Assembly: GCF_009834535.1 (NCBI RefSeq)
Contig: NC_045696.1
Span: forward strand, 23,128,001-23,192,000
Reading direction: 5' to 3'
Source: Camelus ferus
Lineage: Eukaryota
DNA: 64,000 bases
In this document: positions 38,359 to 52,272 of the stretch, piece after piece
Layout: each line of letters opens with the position of its first letter
Position numbering within the stretch: position 1 is the first letter of the stretch
Translations under genes and position numbers: made by a program
The notes under the pieces: generated by a model
Told to the model about the DNA's origin: nothing
Databases searched by the model: none
What the model saw: the letters and a program-made list of their open reading frames with translations, nothing else

Positions 38359-39195
38359 ACGGCAACTTAATAATACATTTTATAAAGCAACTGCCAGCTT
38401 GCCACATGCACAGCAAACAATGACTCTTTGTGTGAGAGTTTCATGAATTGCTGGGTTTAATATAGGGAGCAATGACTTAGTGACAAATTAGAGAACACTT
38501 TTCTCTATTGATGTCTATATTTAAATTTCGTTAGGCTTGCTTTCCAAGATTAAAAGCAGTCTTGTTTGCATATCTCTTACTCCTAGCTATAAGAATCAGC
38601 TATTATGAATAATTTCTGCTGATAAGCGTTTGAAAATAGACAGGTAGTTGCTAAAATAAGATACTTTGTTAGCATAACTGTCAATAAATCATTTTGTTAG
38701 TCTAGTTTTTAAGGAGACTTTTCTATTTTTTTCTCTATCAAAAACTATGCGTGTATAATTTCTAAATGCAGAAATTCAAGATTTTCAGGAGAAATCACAT
38801 ATTGGGTTGATAGGTTCATATTTTATTAAGTTTTTTCCTAATAAATATTTTAAAACATCACATGCAAATGCCATACTATAGAAGCTAAGCAAAAACAATG
38901 AGGAGAGAATGGGTTTATAGTAAAGTGATAATAGGATTTTATAAATGTGATTCTGTTGACATTCTATTTAGTATTTAAATATGACTTCTTGCATTCAGAA
39001 TGCTTTCACATAAATATTTAGCAAGTATCTTAAAGAAAGGGAGAAGTTTATTAATTAAAACATAAATCCCTTTGGGGATATAATTATGCAACCTCTTTGT
39101 AATCTTGATGTTTCAAGGGAGTAGAAATACAATAGATTTTACCACTGTTTGGACTTGTCCTGTAATGACCCTATATTAAACTTAAAGTGCTAGCC

Positions 39196-39462
39196 CAGTG
39201 CTTCTCAAACTGGTGAAGAGCCAGAGGATTGTTTTTCCCGAACAGTCATGGATAATAAAAATGAATAACTAGAAAAACTAAATTAAAAAACACTAAAACA
39301 TGCATATGCTACTATTTGAGTCTACAGACACAAAATTAATCTGTCAGATCTTTATAAAATTTTCTAACGGTTACTGCCGATTTTTACACTTATATGCTTT
39401 CTGTTTGGTATCAGACAGGTCTTAGAAGGGCCTCTCAATAGACAGCGCTTTGCACAGCACTG
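39196..39462. mobile_element. hAT-Charlie element, Charlie4-like
   Basis: TIR-like ends CAGTGCTTCTCAAA and TTTGCACAGCACTG. Confidence 0.65.
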
Positions 39463-41739
39463 CTCTGGACTGCTTCCGTGTTCCTAGCCGGGTGAGGCTG
39501 CCTCTACCGGGACTTAGGTTTTAAGTAACCACACAGAACAAGAAACAAGACCAGTCAAATACATCCTTGAAAACTCCTAAGGAAAGAGCCAGTGTGAAGA
39601 CCCACCTGGGGTCTCTAGAATAGTCTAACAAAGGCAGGGCATTTTATTTTTCTTTTTAAATTTGGTTCCTTTGGCCATCCAGAAGACTAGAGTTGGTTTG
39701 CTTTAAGGTACTACGTAGTACGAAAAATACTTCTATTTAGACACTGGATGTATTCACAGCACAAGATGGGTACTCAGAGTCTAACGCTTCCTGGCACAGA
39801 GGCTAATTCATCCTCCCCGCTGGGGCTCAGCTGAGCCTTTGCCTTCTTTCTCTCTGTCTCCCTCTCTCACCCCCTCCTCTGTCCTTTTTTCCCCCACTCC
39901 AGATTGAGTACTGATGACCAAACTCTCTTCCAGGGCCAGATCTAGACATTACACAATGGCAATTTACACTATTAGCAACAAAAGCAGAACACTTGTCTCT
40001 GCTTGCACAATCTAACAGCTTCTAGACATCAGCTGAGCTATGTATGCTCACTTGGTGGCAGAAGGAAAGGCCACACAAACAGCTTTCGACGGTGACATCT
40101 TTCAGAAGGCACTTTGGTGCTAGGCCAAAGACAAATAGGCCGGAACTTATGTCTTTATGTCTGAGATCTCAATTCTGCTTGGCTGTTGTCATACTGACTT
40201 TCTAAAGACCAGTAATTTAATTTCAAGATCATTCCATAAAGATTTATGAAAGAATATTATGTAAATATTGATACATACATTTTGAAGGTGTTTGACATAT
40301 GTCAAACTAACTTTTGCAGCATATGTTTTATATTTAAAATACAAAATGAGCTCAGTGTCAACTTTTATTAGTTAATCATATGTAAGTTAGCTGAGACCAG
40401 ATTGAATTTCACCATTAGATTATTTCAGATTTGGCTTTAGATATGCAAGTTTATATATCATTAAACTGGAAATGTTTACTAAAAGACAAATACTCAGGGA
40501 GTCATTTTATATTTCTGAGCATTACTAATACCTTTTATGATTTTGTATGGTCCATATGTTTTCCTTCTAGTTTAATGTACGAAATGTGGAATATATTCAA
40601 AGTATGCTTCTAAAGTATATAAACTGCGTTGCCAGACTTAGATTAGAAAACAGGAATATTTTATCTGCACTAGTATTTCTCTATTCGACTTAGTGGTCTG
40701 CTTTTTGTTTGTTATGTCATATCAAAGGTGTATGTCTTAAAATATCAACCAGTGTTTGAAACTCAAGTTAAAATTAGCACTATTCATCAATCTGCTAGGC
40801 TTAAAAAATAAAAACAAAGCCCACTCAAAAAAGCAAAACAAACAAATTACTCACAAAAAATTTTAAAACCACACAAAACTGTGTACTCTACAAACCCTTT
40901 GTTAAAAAGCTGCCCTCAGGAAACTAAATAAGTAACAAGTTGAAAAAGAAACAAAAATACTATCTTTGTTAATATGCTTCTCTCCACATGCTAAGACATG
41001 GATTTCAAGAGTACAGCTAATGTTATGCAGGTTGTGTGCATGTGTGTGCCATCTGTATTAATTTAGGCTGAATGTTGAAATAATTGTACAAAACATCAAT
41101 ACACAGGAGACAGTTCTATCTCAGGATTAACCGGTGCTCAAAAGAGTCAACCTAAAATGGATGTACATATTTGGGTTTTCAGACCAAATTTTCATATAAA
41201 TGAGAGGAGGAAAGCTTGATTAGGACTTGATTTTTTAAATGTAAATAGAAATAATGCAAATAGATTCGTTTTAGCTGTTATTTTTATAAATTCAACTTTG
41301 ATCATAATTTATGAAGTAACTTCAGAATGAATAAAGTATTAGATGTTACACATACTATTTTTAAACAATTCTATGTGGGATGTAGTAGGCTTCCGAATCT
41401 TTTATGTTTGATTTTTAGCAAGGAATAGAAGCTTACACTTGTAAAAACATTTGAGGGTACTATGATTTTTCCTAAGGTCATCTGTTATGCCTTTTGATAA
41501 CGCCAAGGGTGATGATAATGATGACCAAAACAGTAAAGATAACAGTACTTACATAGAAATTACTATATGCCAATATAGTGTTAAAGATTGTACACATATT
41601 ATTCTATTCTGCTGGGAATATTAAATAAAGTATAAATCAAACATCATGGTATTCAAATCATTCTGTTTAAAAGCACTGAGTGGATGTCAGTTTTCTCTTC
41701 CAAAGTACTCTATGTGTTCAACTGATTTCCCACTTTTAT

Positions 41740-42200
41740 CTCAGGTTATTCTTTACGGAGCAAAGTACATTCTCAAAAATGTAAATCAATTCACACTTCT
41801 GATCAAAATGACTTCCCATTTGACTTAGAAAAAAATCCAATATTCTTAACATAGCCAACAAGAGCTCACATGACTCTCCCCCACCAATACTGGCCGCTTT
41901 GGTCTTGCTCAAATACGCACTCTGTCCTTGGAGACAGTGCTCTCCTAAAACAGTGTTCTCTCCTTGGGAACTCGCTCTTCCCTTGGGCTGAGACGCTCTT
42001 GCCCAGATAATGTGTGGTAAGGGTACTCCTTCACTTTTTCAAATCTCTCCTCAGATGCTACCAACTCAGAAGAGCCTTCTCCAGCCTAAAATAGAAGAAA
42101 TCCTCCCCCTAGACTCCCACCCAACTTTATTTTTATTTTTCACATTATTTGACACCACTGTTCACTTCTTAAATCTTGATATCCTGCTCTAACTCAGGCC
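41740..42200 (+). mobile_element. LINE L2 fragment
   Basis: aaaatgtaaatcaattcac, tagaaaaaaatccaatattcttaacatagcc, tcagaagagccttctc. Confidence 0.7.
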
Positions 42201-42659
42201 TCGGGTCATTTACATCTGGCCGTCTGTTCTGGACTTAAAACATCACTGAGATTTGCTGCTCGGGGCAGTATCTGTGCCTTCTAACCTGGGGCTGTGATAG
42301 GAGGAGGGCACTCATTCAGATTTTTGTTTTCTTTAAATAGAAGTTCATCTGCCATAATAAGGAATATTACGTATATTATCCTGAAGGGACAGCTATGAAA
42401 AACAAGCTGAAGAGCAATGTTCTTGGTAGTTTGTTTATAAAAATAAACAATTAAAAAAAAACCCCTTCTGACACAAAAAGGACATAAAAATGTGCATTTG
42501 CACTTTCCGGGCCTGAAGATAGAAGCTCACATGAGTGAGGCAGAGAGTCACATACCAACTGTGACATAGGCTACCTCAGAGAGGGGGAGGGGACCAAGGT
42601 GGGGAAAGGGTTAGCAACTTCTTTTCAGCAAATCTGTTTTGAGTTTTGCAACATATTGC

Positions 42660-42885
42660 TTTTACAATTACATATCTATATAATTATATAGATTTAAATT
42701 TTTGCATATAGTCACACAATTTACTTATATATATTTATATAATTTATTTAGATCTATTATATATTATTATATACCTACATAACATATAATTACATATCTA
42801 TAAATTACATAATGATATATTATTACATACCCATATAATCTCTATGTGTATGTATTTGTATGTGAACACACATAACATATACTTA
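42660..42885. repeat. TA-rich low-complexity tract
   Basis: Degenerate (TA)n with the repeated unit aattacatatctata. Confidence 0.85.
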
Positions 42886-43870
42886 AATTCACTGGCTGTT
42901 TTTAATTTAACATTGTTTTCCTGTGTTTTATTTTTGAGGCTATCTTTATTAAGTATATTTTTGTATCAGCTGTCTTCGGGCAAGAAATGTTATAAACAAA
43001 AAAGTATATCTTGATGTCAGTGGAGGAGGTAAATCTGTTACTTTAAAATAACACTTTATTAACGCATTGGTTGATAATTTTGCCAAGACAAATATTTTAA
43101 ATTATTCTAATGAATCATGAGTAAAGGCAAAATATTTCCTCTAGTCCGTTGCATATGATGTATGTCCACTTCAGAAGAAAACATATGGCTGAGCAAAATA
43201 GTTTAATATAAACATGGAGCATTAAGATACATGGTTTGAAACAGCAATGGTAATATATAAATATTAGATGTAAGTGTGTTACTAACAAGAGTCATCTAAC
43301 TCAATAAAAAAAGGGTTCTTATCATACCTATTTCATCTGATTTAATAAGTATATCTGATCAACAAAAGCTTAATCCAGCATAAACATTAATTACTTTCAG
43401 CTCAGTAAAAGAAAAAAAGAATATATTATTGTTACTATAAAAATTCTGAGTTTATGAGCATTTGCACCAAAAGGAAAAACTGTTTCAGGGGGAAAAAAAA
43501 GGATATTGAATTAGAAGGGAAATACTTCTGTTGATTTTTCTCAAAAAAGGACTGTACTGAAACTTGCCAAGTCCAAAAATTATTGACTAGCAGAGTTTAG
43601 TTAAAAATATTTTGGCTTCACACAAAAATATATTTTGAGGCCTAAGAGTTCTGGTCACATTCTGCGCCCTACACTAGCATACAAAATTAGAAGGGAAAAA
43701 AATCACCACGTATGGTATGATATGTTACAGCAAAATATTAGAATATGTCTTTCACATAATTAAGACTTACTGTTATTTGCAAGTCATCCCCTTACAGTGT
43801 CTTTTTAATGATCAATAACCTGAAAGGAAAATAAATAAATAAAGACATGGTCATCATTAAAAATCTTCAT

Positions 43871-44092
43871 GAACTTTGCTAGGATAGAACAATTTAACTG
43901 TTCTCACCAAAACAATAAAAATAAAAAGGTTATATATGAGACAAATATGTAAGATGAAGGATGTATTAACTAACTAGATGGCGGAATCAGTTCACAATAT
44001 ATCCACATATCAAATCACCAGGATGTACACTTTAACTGTCTTAAATTTTTATATGCCACTTATACCTCAATAAAGCTGAAATTAAAAAAAAA
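43871..44092 (+). mobile_element. L1 3' end (L1MA9/L1_Art-like) with degenerate TSD
   Basis: catatcaaatcacc...tgtacacttta...tatacctcaataaagctg plus A-tail; flanks aatcttcatgaact and aattctatgaact. Confidence 0.85.
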
Positions 44093-46219
44093 TTCTATGA
44101 ACTAACATACAAAGTGTTCAATTTACATTTATTAAAAAAATCTTAAAACCAAAATATTCTCATTAAAATGGGGGGGTCTAAAAGATTTAAACATTGCACA
44201 TTACATGCTATCAGTTGGAAACACCTTCCCTATAATAAAATCTATCTTTCAGATTCCCTAAAAACTACTTCACAATAATAGTATCAATAATATCAATAAA
44301 ATACATTGCTAGGAGTAATCAATCCAATTCACTGTAGGTCTGCTTTCTAAATTTGGAAATATACAACTTTCAAACATCAAAATTCACAGTGGTTAAAGTT
44401 AATAAAAATGTGAAACAGGTCCAAAGTTAAATTTATGTAAATTGACTTTGAAGTCAAATTGTGTTGTTGCTGTTTGATCGTTATAGTTGTTTACAAAATA
44501 CCACAAACATTTTATAGACAAAAGACTGTCATACGGGTAAACCTACAAAACTCCACCAATTAATTGCTTTAATATTTCGAATTTCATATAAAAAAGTTTT
44601 TGAATCACAGGGTTATTATTAGAATTTTACTTTTTAAATACATTTTTAAAGGTTAATATTAAAATATATCATCAAAAATAAGTCTAATGTCTAAATTTTT
44701 AATATCTAAAATGCTATATTTTAGCAACATTTTAAAATAAATCATTTTATATGCTCTCTTTACAATTAATTTCCTTACCAATATTATTTGCTGTCATAAG
44801 CATTCAGAAATTATTCATCCATAGCAGTAACTAAAATAATTTAAAATGAGATGAAGATTTTGGAAAACATATGCTTACTGATGAGGTTTTACAAGCTATA
44901 TTTCAACTCAGTGAGAGTCTACAATATTAACAACATGATTAACGGGCTAGTCCAGTTTTTCAAATAGCAGAATATTCATGTAGGCTGTAGAAAGAATGTT
45001 TTCCTCCTTTGACCTAGTTCATTCATAGTTGGCAAAATATTTGGAAACTAAAACATTAAGGAAGTCTAGTCTTCTTTCCAGACCATGAATATGCAGAAAG
45101 AGGAGAGCAGAATCTAAACTTCTAACCCAATGTTTCAAGATTTTCATTTTAACTCAGTGTAGTCTTTTTTGTTTTAAAAACATTACACAATATGTAAGCA
45201 GTTTAATTACATATTTTTGGTTTAAATAACTACAAATAATTCTTGATCTATTTAGTACCAAAATAAATAACAGAAACATTTAGAAAAAAATCTAAAGTAA
45301 ACTATTAAAAATCAAGTAGTAATACATCTATATTTGTTAAGTAAAATACAGTAAACTCCTACTCAGTTTTATTTATTTATTTTTTGTACTCCTAGTAGAA
45401 CATAAGGGGAAAAAAACTAAAATCCATAATTGATTGTGTTAGTGCCTGTTAATTTACTTTAAAATGCTCCAGTAAGTATGGTATGAAGTACATTAGTTTA
45501 CCGTTAATTTACAAACTTAAAAAAAAATTAGTTAAGATTTGAAGAATTCTGGTCAGGAAATCACTCTCTAAGTTGGTTAAGATTTGAGGTTTCTGATCAG
45601 TAGTTTGCACTCCCAGGGTTAGCTGTGACAAATGCTACGAATCTCCAAATACTGCTCTGTGACTATATGTGGGGGGCTGGTAATTTACAAAGGGCTGTGA
45701 CAATTTTTCATTGGTGAGACAATGGTGATCAAGATGTGTGACTGGCTAGAAATACTGGGCAATCATATCCCCACCACGTGAACGAAGCATAAGAGTCTCA
45801 GTTGAAGGACAACAGGCTGACATCTCTGACACCCTAGCTGTAGAATTCTATTTAATTTCTTACCCACCCCTTTACTTAGAAGGCAGCTCCTTCACCTGGT
45901 ACTATTACATGACTCATTCTCCTGCCCCCAGAATATGCTGTGTTGCCCAGCAGTGAAATTTTCCTGTGTGCTGGATGACATGCTGAAAAGGACAAAAGAA
46001 CAGAAACCACCCCAGATTTTTGGAATGTGCTATTTGACAGATTTCCTACCTGATTGTTAATAAAAGTGTATACATTTGCAGAAAATGGCTCTGTAAGTTT
46101 TGCTTTTGTTTTGTTTGTTTTTTAAACAAACTACCTGGTAGCAAAGTTGTAAGATCAAATTAGCTTAGGTCGATTCATGATATCAGCCTACTGAAGGGGA
46201 GATAACAAAGGTTCAAGTA

Positions 46220-46575
46220 ACTTAGTCTTGCTAGTTGAAGTAAATTGTGCTGCAGTAAAAACCAATTCCCATCCTAGTGGCTTAAAATTGCAAAGCTGAT
46301 TTCTAATTCACACTTAGCGTTATTGCAGGTTGGCAATAACTCAGGTAAGTAGGAAAACAGGGCAGATTCCATCCAAGAACAGGGAAAGATACAAGAAAGA
46401 TGAAGGAACACTGGCAATTAAATGTTCTGGCCCCAAGCACAATACTTATTGGCCTCAATGCCTTTTCTGGCCCCACGTAAATCACAAGAGGTCTAGGAAA
46501 TGCAAAATAATTCTATTATGTGCCTAGCACAGGGAGGGGATCAGAAATATTTAGCAAACTTTAAAAAGTAGCACA
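46220..46575 (-). mobile_element. Old MLT1 LTR (MLT1L-like)
   Basis: tgtgctgcagtaa, tagtggcttaaaa, ctaggaaatgcaa, tatgtgcctag, agaaatattt in reverse-LTR order. Confidence 0.65.
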
Positions 46576-46929
46576 GCAATTCAATATTTACAATTGAAAC
46601 AAAGTTTTTCTGTTTGAACAGTATTTCCCAAAGCCACAATATATCCTAAAATTACACTTTTTGAAAGGAAAAACCGGACTAATTAAATTTGGCTTTGCTA
46701 TTATTTAACTAATGATTTAAACCTTTATGACAGAAATCAACTCAATTCTAATCTAAGCAACCTAGAATATTAGTAGGCAGGTTTAACTAAACAATATAAA
46801 CAATCATTTAACAAGGATTTAAAAACGGTTTTGAAGTGGGAGACTCTAAGAAAAGATTAGAAAGATATACTATACTTATACTTATCCGCTGTAGTATGAG
46901 TGGCTAAATCTTCATGTGCATACCACTAA

Positions 46930-47060
46930 CAATGCAGATTCCTGGGCCCCTAGACTAGTATTATGATTTAGTATCTGAAGGCAGGATTCTACATTTTACA
47001 ATACACCAATTTAGTTCTGGTGCAGGCAGTTCTCGGTCCTGGAATCAGATTTCAAGAAGT
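46930..47060. mobile_element. MER5-family fragment
   Basis: aatgcagattcctgggcccc and ttctggtgcagg. Confidence 0.6.
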
Positions 47061-47334
47061 GATGACTAACTGATTGGTTCCAAGAAGCAAGAAGCCAAAG
47101 TATGAAATTGAATTGGGGAAAGAGCAAGTAGGGCTTTGATCAATTCATGGCAAATTTTTCTTACTGAAATTATATTATTAAAAAAATGTCCCAAGAGAAC
47201 ATCTGACTCTGCAGTCTCAACAAGATGCGATAGCGATGTGAGGACGTTGCTTTTCTACTCTGCGTGAAAAACTTGAACAACCGGTATGTAATCAGTGCCC
47301 ATTTAGATTATGAAGAACAGGAGTCTATATTCTC

Positions 47335-48460
47335 TTTATAGATAATACTCAAATTGATCTCTCTAATCCAGACTGCTTTCCTGAGTGCCAGACTCAAATA
47401 TCCAACTTTCTGTAAGACATTTCCATTTGGATAAACCTAATAAACATCTCAATCTTAAATTTCCAAAACCAAACATTTGACACTCACTCCCAAAACTGTT
47501 CCTCTTGAAACCATTTCCAATTCAATCAATGGCAGCTATACTTTCAATTTGCCAAGTTAAAAACCTAGAAGGCATCCTTGATGTATCATTTTCTCAATCA
47601 TTCAACAAAGTGTTTGTCAGTGCTTCCTCTGAAGATTGCTACCAGAATCTGACCACTTACTGTCTCCTCCTTCACTACCACCCTGGTCTAAGCCACCATC
47701 ACCTCTCACCTGGACTGTGGCAAGGATCTTCAAATTGTCTCCTCAGAGATCTTTTGGGACATGATTATCAATTATGTATTTATAAACAATAGATAAATAG
47801 TTATTGTGTTATAAAAAAGGGGAAAGAAGGAAGGAAGGAGAGAAAGAACTAAAACAAGGAAAAGAAGGAAGAGAGTAAAAAAGACAGAAGGAGGAAAGGG
47901 TGAAGAAAAGGAGGAAGGAAAGGGAGAAAAGAAGCAAGGAAGAAAGGAAAGAGAAGGAGGAAGAAAGCAGCAGGAAGAGGAAGAAAAGAGGGAAGGAAGA
48001 AGAAGGAAGGAAGGAGAAAGAAAGAAAAAAGAAAGGAAGGAAGGAAGGAAGAGGAAGGAAGAAAGGAAAGGAAGGAATAGTGAGAGAGAGACAAACAAAG
48101 CACTTTCCAAGGTGCCTGGAACACCTTTTGCTGACACATCTTCTCATCTCCCTCCCTTACTTCCGTCTGGTCTTTGAATAAGTAGCACCTAATCAGGGGC
48201 CCTGCCCTGAATATGTGACATAAAATGGCAGAACAACTTTTCCTCTCTAACCCTTCTGCTTGCTCTATTCTTTATAGCACATTCTTCTTTTTAACCACCT
48301 GGCATTTATACGTATAGATAGATATTATTGTTGTCAATATTTATTACTGTCTGTCTCCTTAAGGACATACACCTTGGCTCAGTTTCTATGTTCCTATCAC
48401 CAGTTCCTATCACACTGTCATGTCACATAATGAACTAATAAAATCTTATTGACTAAAGAG
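47335..48460 (+). mobile_element. LINE L2 interrupted by a purine tract
   Basis: L2 blocks at 47335-47745 (ccagactcaaatatccaact, ggtctaagccaccatcacctctcacctggact) and 48100-48460 (3' end). Confidence 0.8.
47813..48090. repeat. Polypurine (GGAA/GAAA-type) low-complexity tract
   Basis: About 275 bp of nearly pure A/G on the plus strand. Confidence 0.95.
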
Positions 48461-48959
48461 ACACACGATATACAAGCAAATACACGAAGAAAGTAATTTA
48501 AGGTAATGAAAAGCGCCATAAAGCAAATAAAGGATGGTGAGTGACCCTATGGGGGTGGGGTGTGGCGACCAGTCAGTGGTGAATATCTCAAGAGGTGATA
48601 TTTAAGCTAAGGTCAGAATGATAATGCAATTAGTACAGTCTGCACATGCATAAAAGTTCATTACAGGATAAAAGAGAAAAGCAGCTTTGGATGATTTTAG
48701 GGTTTTAAAAAAGAATGGGTAAGACAAGACAATTTTTAGATGTGTTCTCAACAAGTGCACAGTGAGTCCTAAAACAATGGAGTAAAAAAAGATGATATTT
48801 CATTCAAAGGAGACAGAAGAGGAGGCAGACTGGAACACCCCTTCCAATACTCCTCCCCAAAGAGGGATGAGGAGGAAGAGAAATAATTCAAAGGGGAATT
48901 CTTATATTTGTATGGACCTTTATACTTTCAAAGTTAACGTTTTCAAATTTATGTACTGT

Positions 48960-49150
48960 ATTTATCTCTCACCATGAAAGACCTCTGAAAATAGGCGAAA
49001 TGTATCATTCCCAACATTGAGTATAAGACTTACAGAGGTGAATGCCTTATCTAAGGTCAACAGACCAGCAAGTTAGTGAACGAGGCTTACCCAGCAGCCA
49101 GGTATCCTCCCATAGCCCAGTACCTGTGACCACAATGCTATGCTGCTTTG
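48960..49150 (-). mobile_element. Diverged MIR
   Basis: agacttacagaggtgaatgccttatctaaggtca and accacaatgctatgctg. Confidence 0.6.
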
Positions 49151-49299
49151 ATGAAAACTGGTGAAAGATTACCTGGAGGTTGCCAATCTGCTCTGTGTGA
49201 ACTCAGTTCATACAACTGATTTGAGTTTAAATTCCACACACTTGAATTAAAGGTTGACTCTGAACACATGGCAGGAAATCCAACAGTAACATTAACTTT

Positions 49300-49815
49300 C
49301 AAAGACTCCTTACTGCCCCCTAGACTAAGTACAGACTCTGATAGCTAGCATTCAGGGCCATCACAGTGTGACTTCTTTGAGAATCTCCAGTTTTACCTCA
49401 TACATACCTTAAAAAAGTATTTTGAGAAATTTTTGCCCATTTCAGATTATTTGTTCAAGTCATTCAACATGAACAAAAGTGAGGAGAAAGGTATGATTTG
49501 CTCCACCTGCAATATCTACCCTTTGCTTCCTCTCATCTCCTTCTGTCACAATTAAGTCATCTTTGAGAAGACTTCACAAACCCTCAAATTAGCTGTGGTT
49601 TTCACCTTTCACATAGCCTTCTTCAAAGTCTGATGACGCTAGTCGCATCCTGCCTTGTACTATAGTGATTTGAGGAACTGTTAAATATTCCATTCCCCAA
49701 GTACAATACAAATGGTTTGATAAAAGACTGTCTCTTCTGTAACTTCTTCACTTTTATATTCCTTTTGCAGAGAATCTACCACATAGTGGAGAACTAACAA
49801 ATATTTGTTGAACTG
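49300..49815 (+). mobile_element. Diverged L2 with 3' end
   Basis: ctccttactgccccctagactaagtacagactct; ends cacatagtgg...aacaaatatttgttgaact. Confidence 0.6.
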
Positions 49816-50224
49816 GGTAAAACTGATTCAAAGAGAAAAAAATACAACCTTCAGATGAATCATCTCAACATTCTATCCTGAATGGGAGAAAGAAAGAAAA
49901 GAGAGAAACAGACTATAGACTGAAATCAATAAATAAAATTATTTGCGAGAATAAAGAAAAGTAGAAGTGGAAAGAATCAACTGTATCTTCAGAAGTTTGC
50001 ACAATATATGGTGCACAGTAAATAATAAATACTTACTGGAAGAATAAATGAGTGAATAAACAAAAAGAGGAGGATATGTGAGGACAAAGAATTGTTAAAA
50101 GATAACCTTAAAACTGCCATCATTTCAAGCCAAATAAGCAGACATCAACAGAAATTAGGTTACTGCTTTAAAATATACTATTTAAAGGACAAGAGAAAAT
50201 ATCTATCTGTATTGTCTCCTCCTG

Positions 50225-50430
50225 TGCTCTTTTGTTATAAAGCACTCTGTTAACTGATTTAATTTGAACCACAGAACAATTTCATAAAGAGGCAAGAGAA
50301 ACATGATTCCACCCATTTTATAAATAAGGAGTAAGATCAAAAGAATAAGTCTCTGGGTTAAGATCAGAATCAGGGGCAGAGTCAAAACTAGAAGTCCTTG
50401 TTAGGAGTCCTCTAACTCACTGAGTGCATT
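50225..50430 (-). mobile_element. Diverged MIR
   Basis: gattccacccattttataaataaggag and ggcagagtcaaaactagaa. Confidence 0.55.
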
Positions 50431-50434
50431 CTAA

Positions 50435-50575
50435 CTATGCTCCACAGAACAGAGCATTGCACCCTCTAGGGTTTTGTTAGAAATGCAAAATTTCAGACTC
50501 CATCCCAGACACCTGAATCAGAATCTGAATATTAACCACATCCCCACGTGATCTGAAGTAATCTTTAAGTTAACT
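50435..50575. mobile_element. MER5A-like fragment
   Basis: ttgttagaaatgcaaaatttcagactccatcccagacacctgaatcagaatctg. Confidence 0.8.
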
Positions 50576-52215
50576 GCTTTCCTGTTATAAAATTGAATAT
50601 AAATCTGTCTGCCATCATAGACATAAATAGCATGATGTAGTTTACATTTATATATATATATATCTCACAATAGAAGAATTGTCATATAGAAATGCTACTG
50701 TTGTAGAGAAAGAAATTATTATTAATTATTATAAATAATACTCAATATTATAATAAAAAAATTAAAAAGGAATATAGTTTAGGTCCATGAATGTGTCTCT
50801 TAAAAAATATATATATTTAAAGGATGTCTCTTTTTAATTAACACAAGTCTGAGCAGTCTATTGGGCATATTAGGGATTCTATCATGTCTTTGAGAAAAAA
50901 GCATACTAAAGGGAAAACAAACTAATATAGCAAACACAATAGTTGGCCACCATCTGTAACAACAAGGTATTGAAAGATGACTATTTCAACACATGTTAAC
51001 ATCTGGGGGTTTTACACACACATACACACTCAATAGCTGAGTAGAATGGATTTGATGCTTAACAAAAATATGAAGGTTGTGACATGGTAATTAAGGGAAC
51101 TTGCTTTTGGTGACCTTGTGTTAGTAATAAAAATAAAAATTTTTGGAAAGCAAGGAAATAATGGAATCTAAATATGGCTTGTAATAAAACATGTACCTTT
51201 TACGCCTCAGAGAAAGGAATGGACAAGAGCAGGAAGTTCATTTCCCCTTTCAGAAGGGTGAGAGGTTATTTTATTTTGCATTTTTTAATACAGAGATAAA
51301 TAAGTCATTTTTTAAAAATGGTTGAAAGTTCAGAGCCGAGTTTCATACTCAGTTACTACAGCTTTAGAATGTGAGGAATTCTGCATATATTTTAAAAATT
51401 TCCTATTGCCATCTATTTTTTTTACCTCAATAAAAATATAAAGGGAACAGAAGGGAAGAAAAAGTAAATGGACAAGAAGGAGGGAAAGGTGGGGAGCAAA
51501 GATGTTCCAGAAAGAAGAGAAATACTTACAAAAGGGAGGATAGTTGAGCTAGGACCAGAGAGATGAATTAAATGTTTCAGATAGAAATTTTTAAAGAACA
51601 ATTTTGTGCTATGGAAGGCAAGATAGTGTCTTATAAAACATATAAAAGGACAATTTTTCCTTCTAAAATTGAAAGATGACAGTGCTTATAAATTTGTAAA
51701 TAGTGCTTAGAAATTATCTGTCAAAAACCAAAAGTATTTTTATTAAATACCTTATATTAAGTCCTTTGAAAACCTCCCATGTGTAAATATTCTGCTTTAA
51801 TGTTTTTTCAAAATTGTGAAGTACTGGTTGAAGGAAAGGAGAGTTCCAGGTTATATGGCGTAGGGAAGAGGATTTTCTAGTGCTAAAATTGTGTGTTATG
51901 TCCAGTATGGTTGATATGATGACAAAGTCAAGCTTTTCAAAACTTTTGATTGGCTTATGATTTCTCAGCAGTGTAATATCAGTTTATTCAAATAATTTTT
52001 TCCAACTGCAAGAAACATTCAATTAGTATTCAGCACATATTTCCTTTCATACACACACAATATTGTCTAAATTGAATACCTGATACCTTATGATAATGAT
52101 ATCATATGATAATGAGGTTTATCTTATGATAATGGTGAACAGCATCTTTGTTTTCATAAATAGGATGGACAGCTGGTTTCTGTGATTCGTCTGTTTCCAC
52201 TTACTCTTTATTTAG

Positions 52216-52272
52216 GTCAGTATTGAGAATCGTGTCCTGGCCATGTTGGCTGTACTGTTCATTACTGTATTT
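52216..52272 (+). other. Exon-shaped 57-nt segment
   Basis: Acceptor TTACTCTTTATTTAG| and donor TTT|GTGAGT; one frame reads VSIENRVLAMLAVLFITVF. Confidence 0.15.

Noticed and set aside
47772..48181. Four overlapping F/L/S/P-rich or K/E/R-rich ORFs
   Set aside because: Artefacts of the stop-poor polypurine tract.
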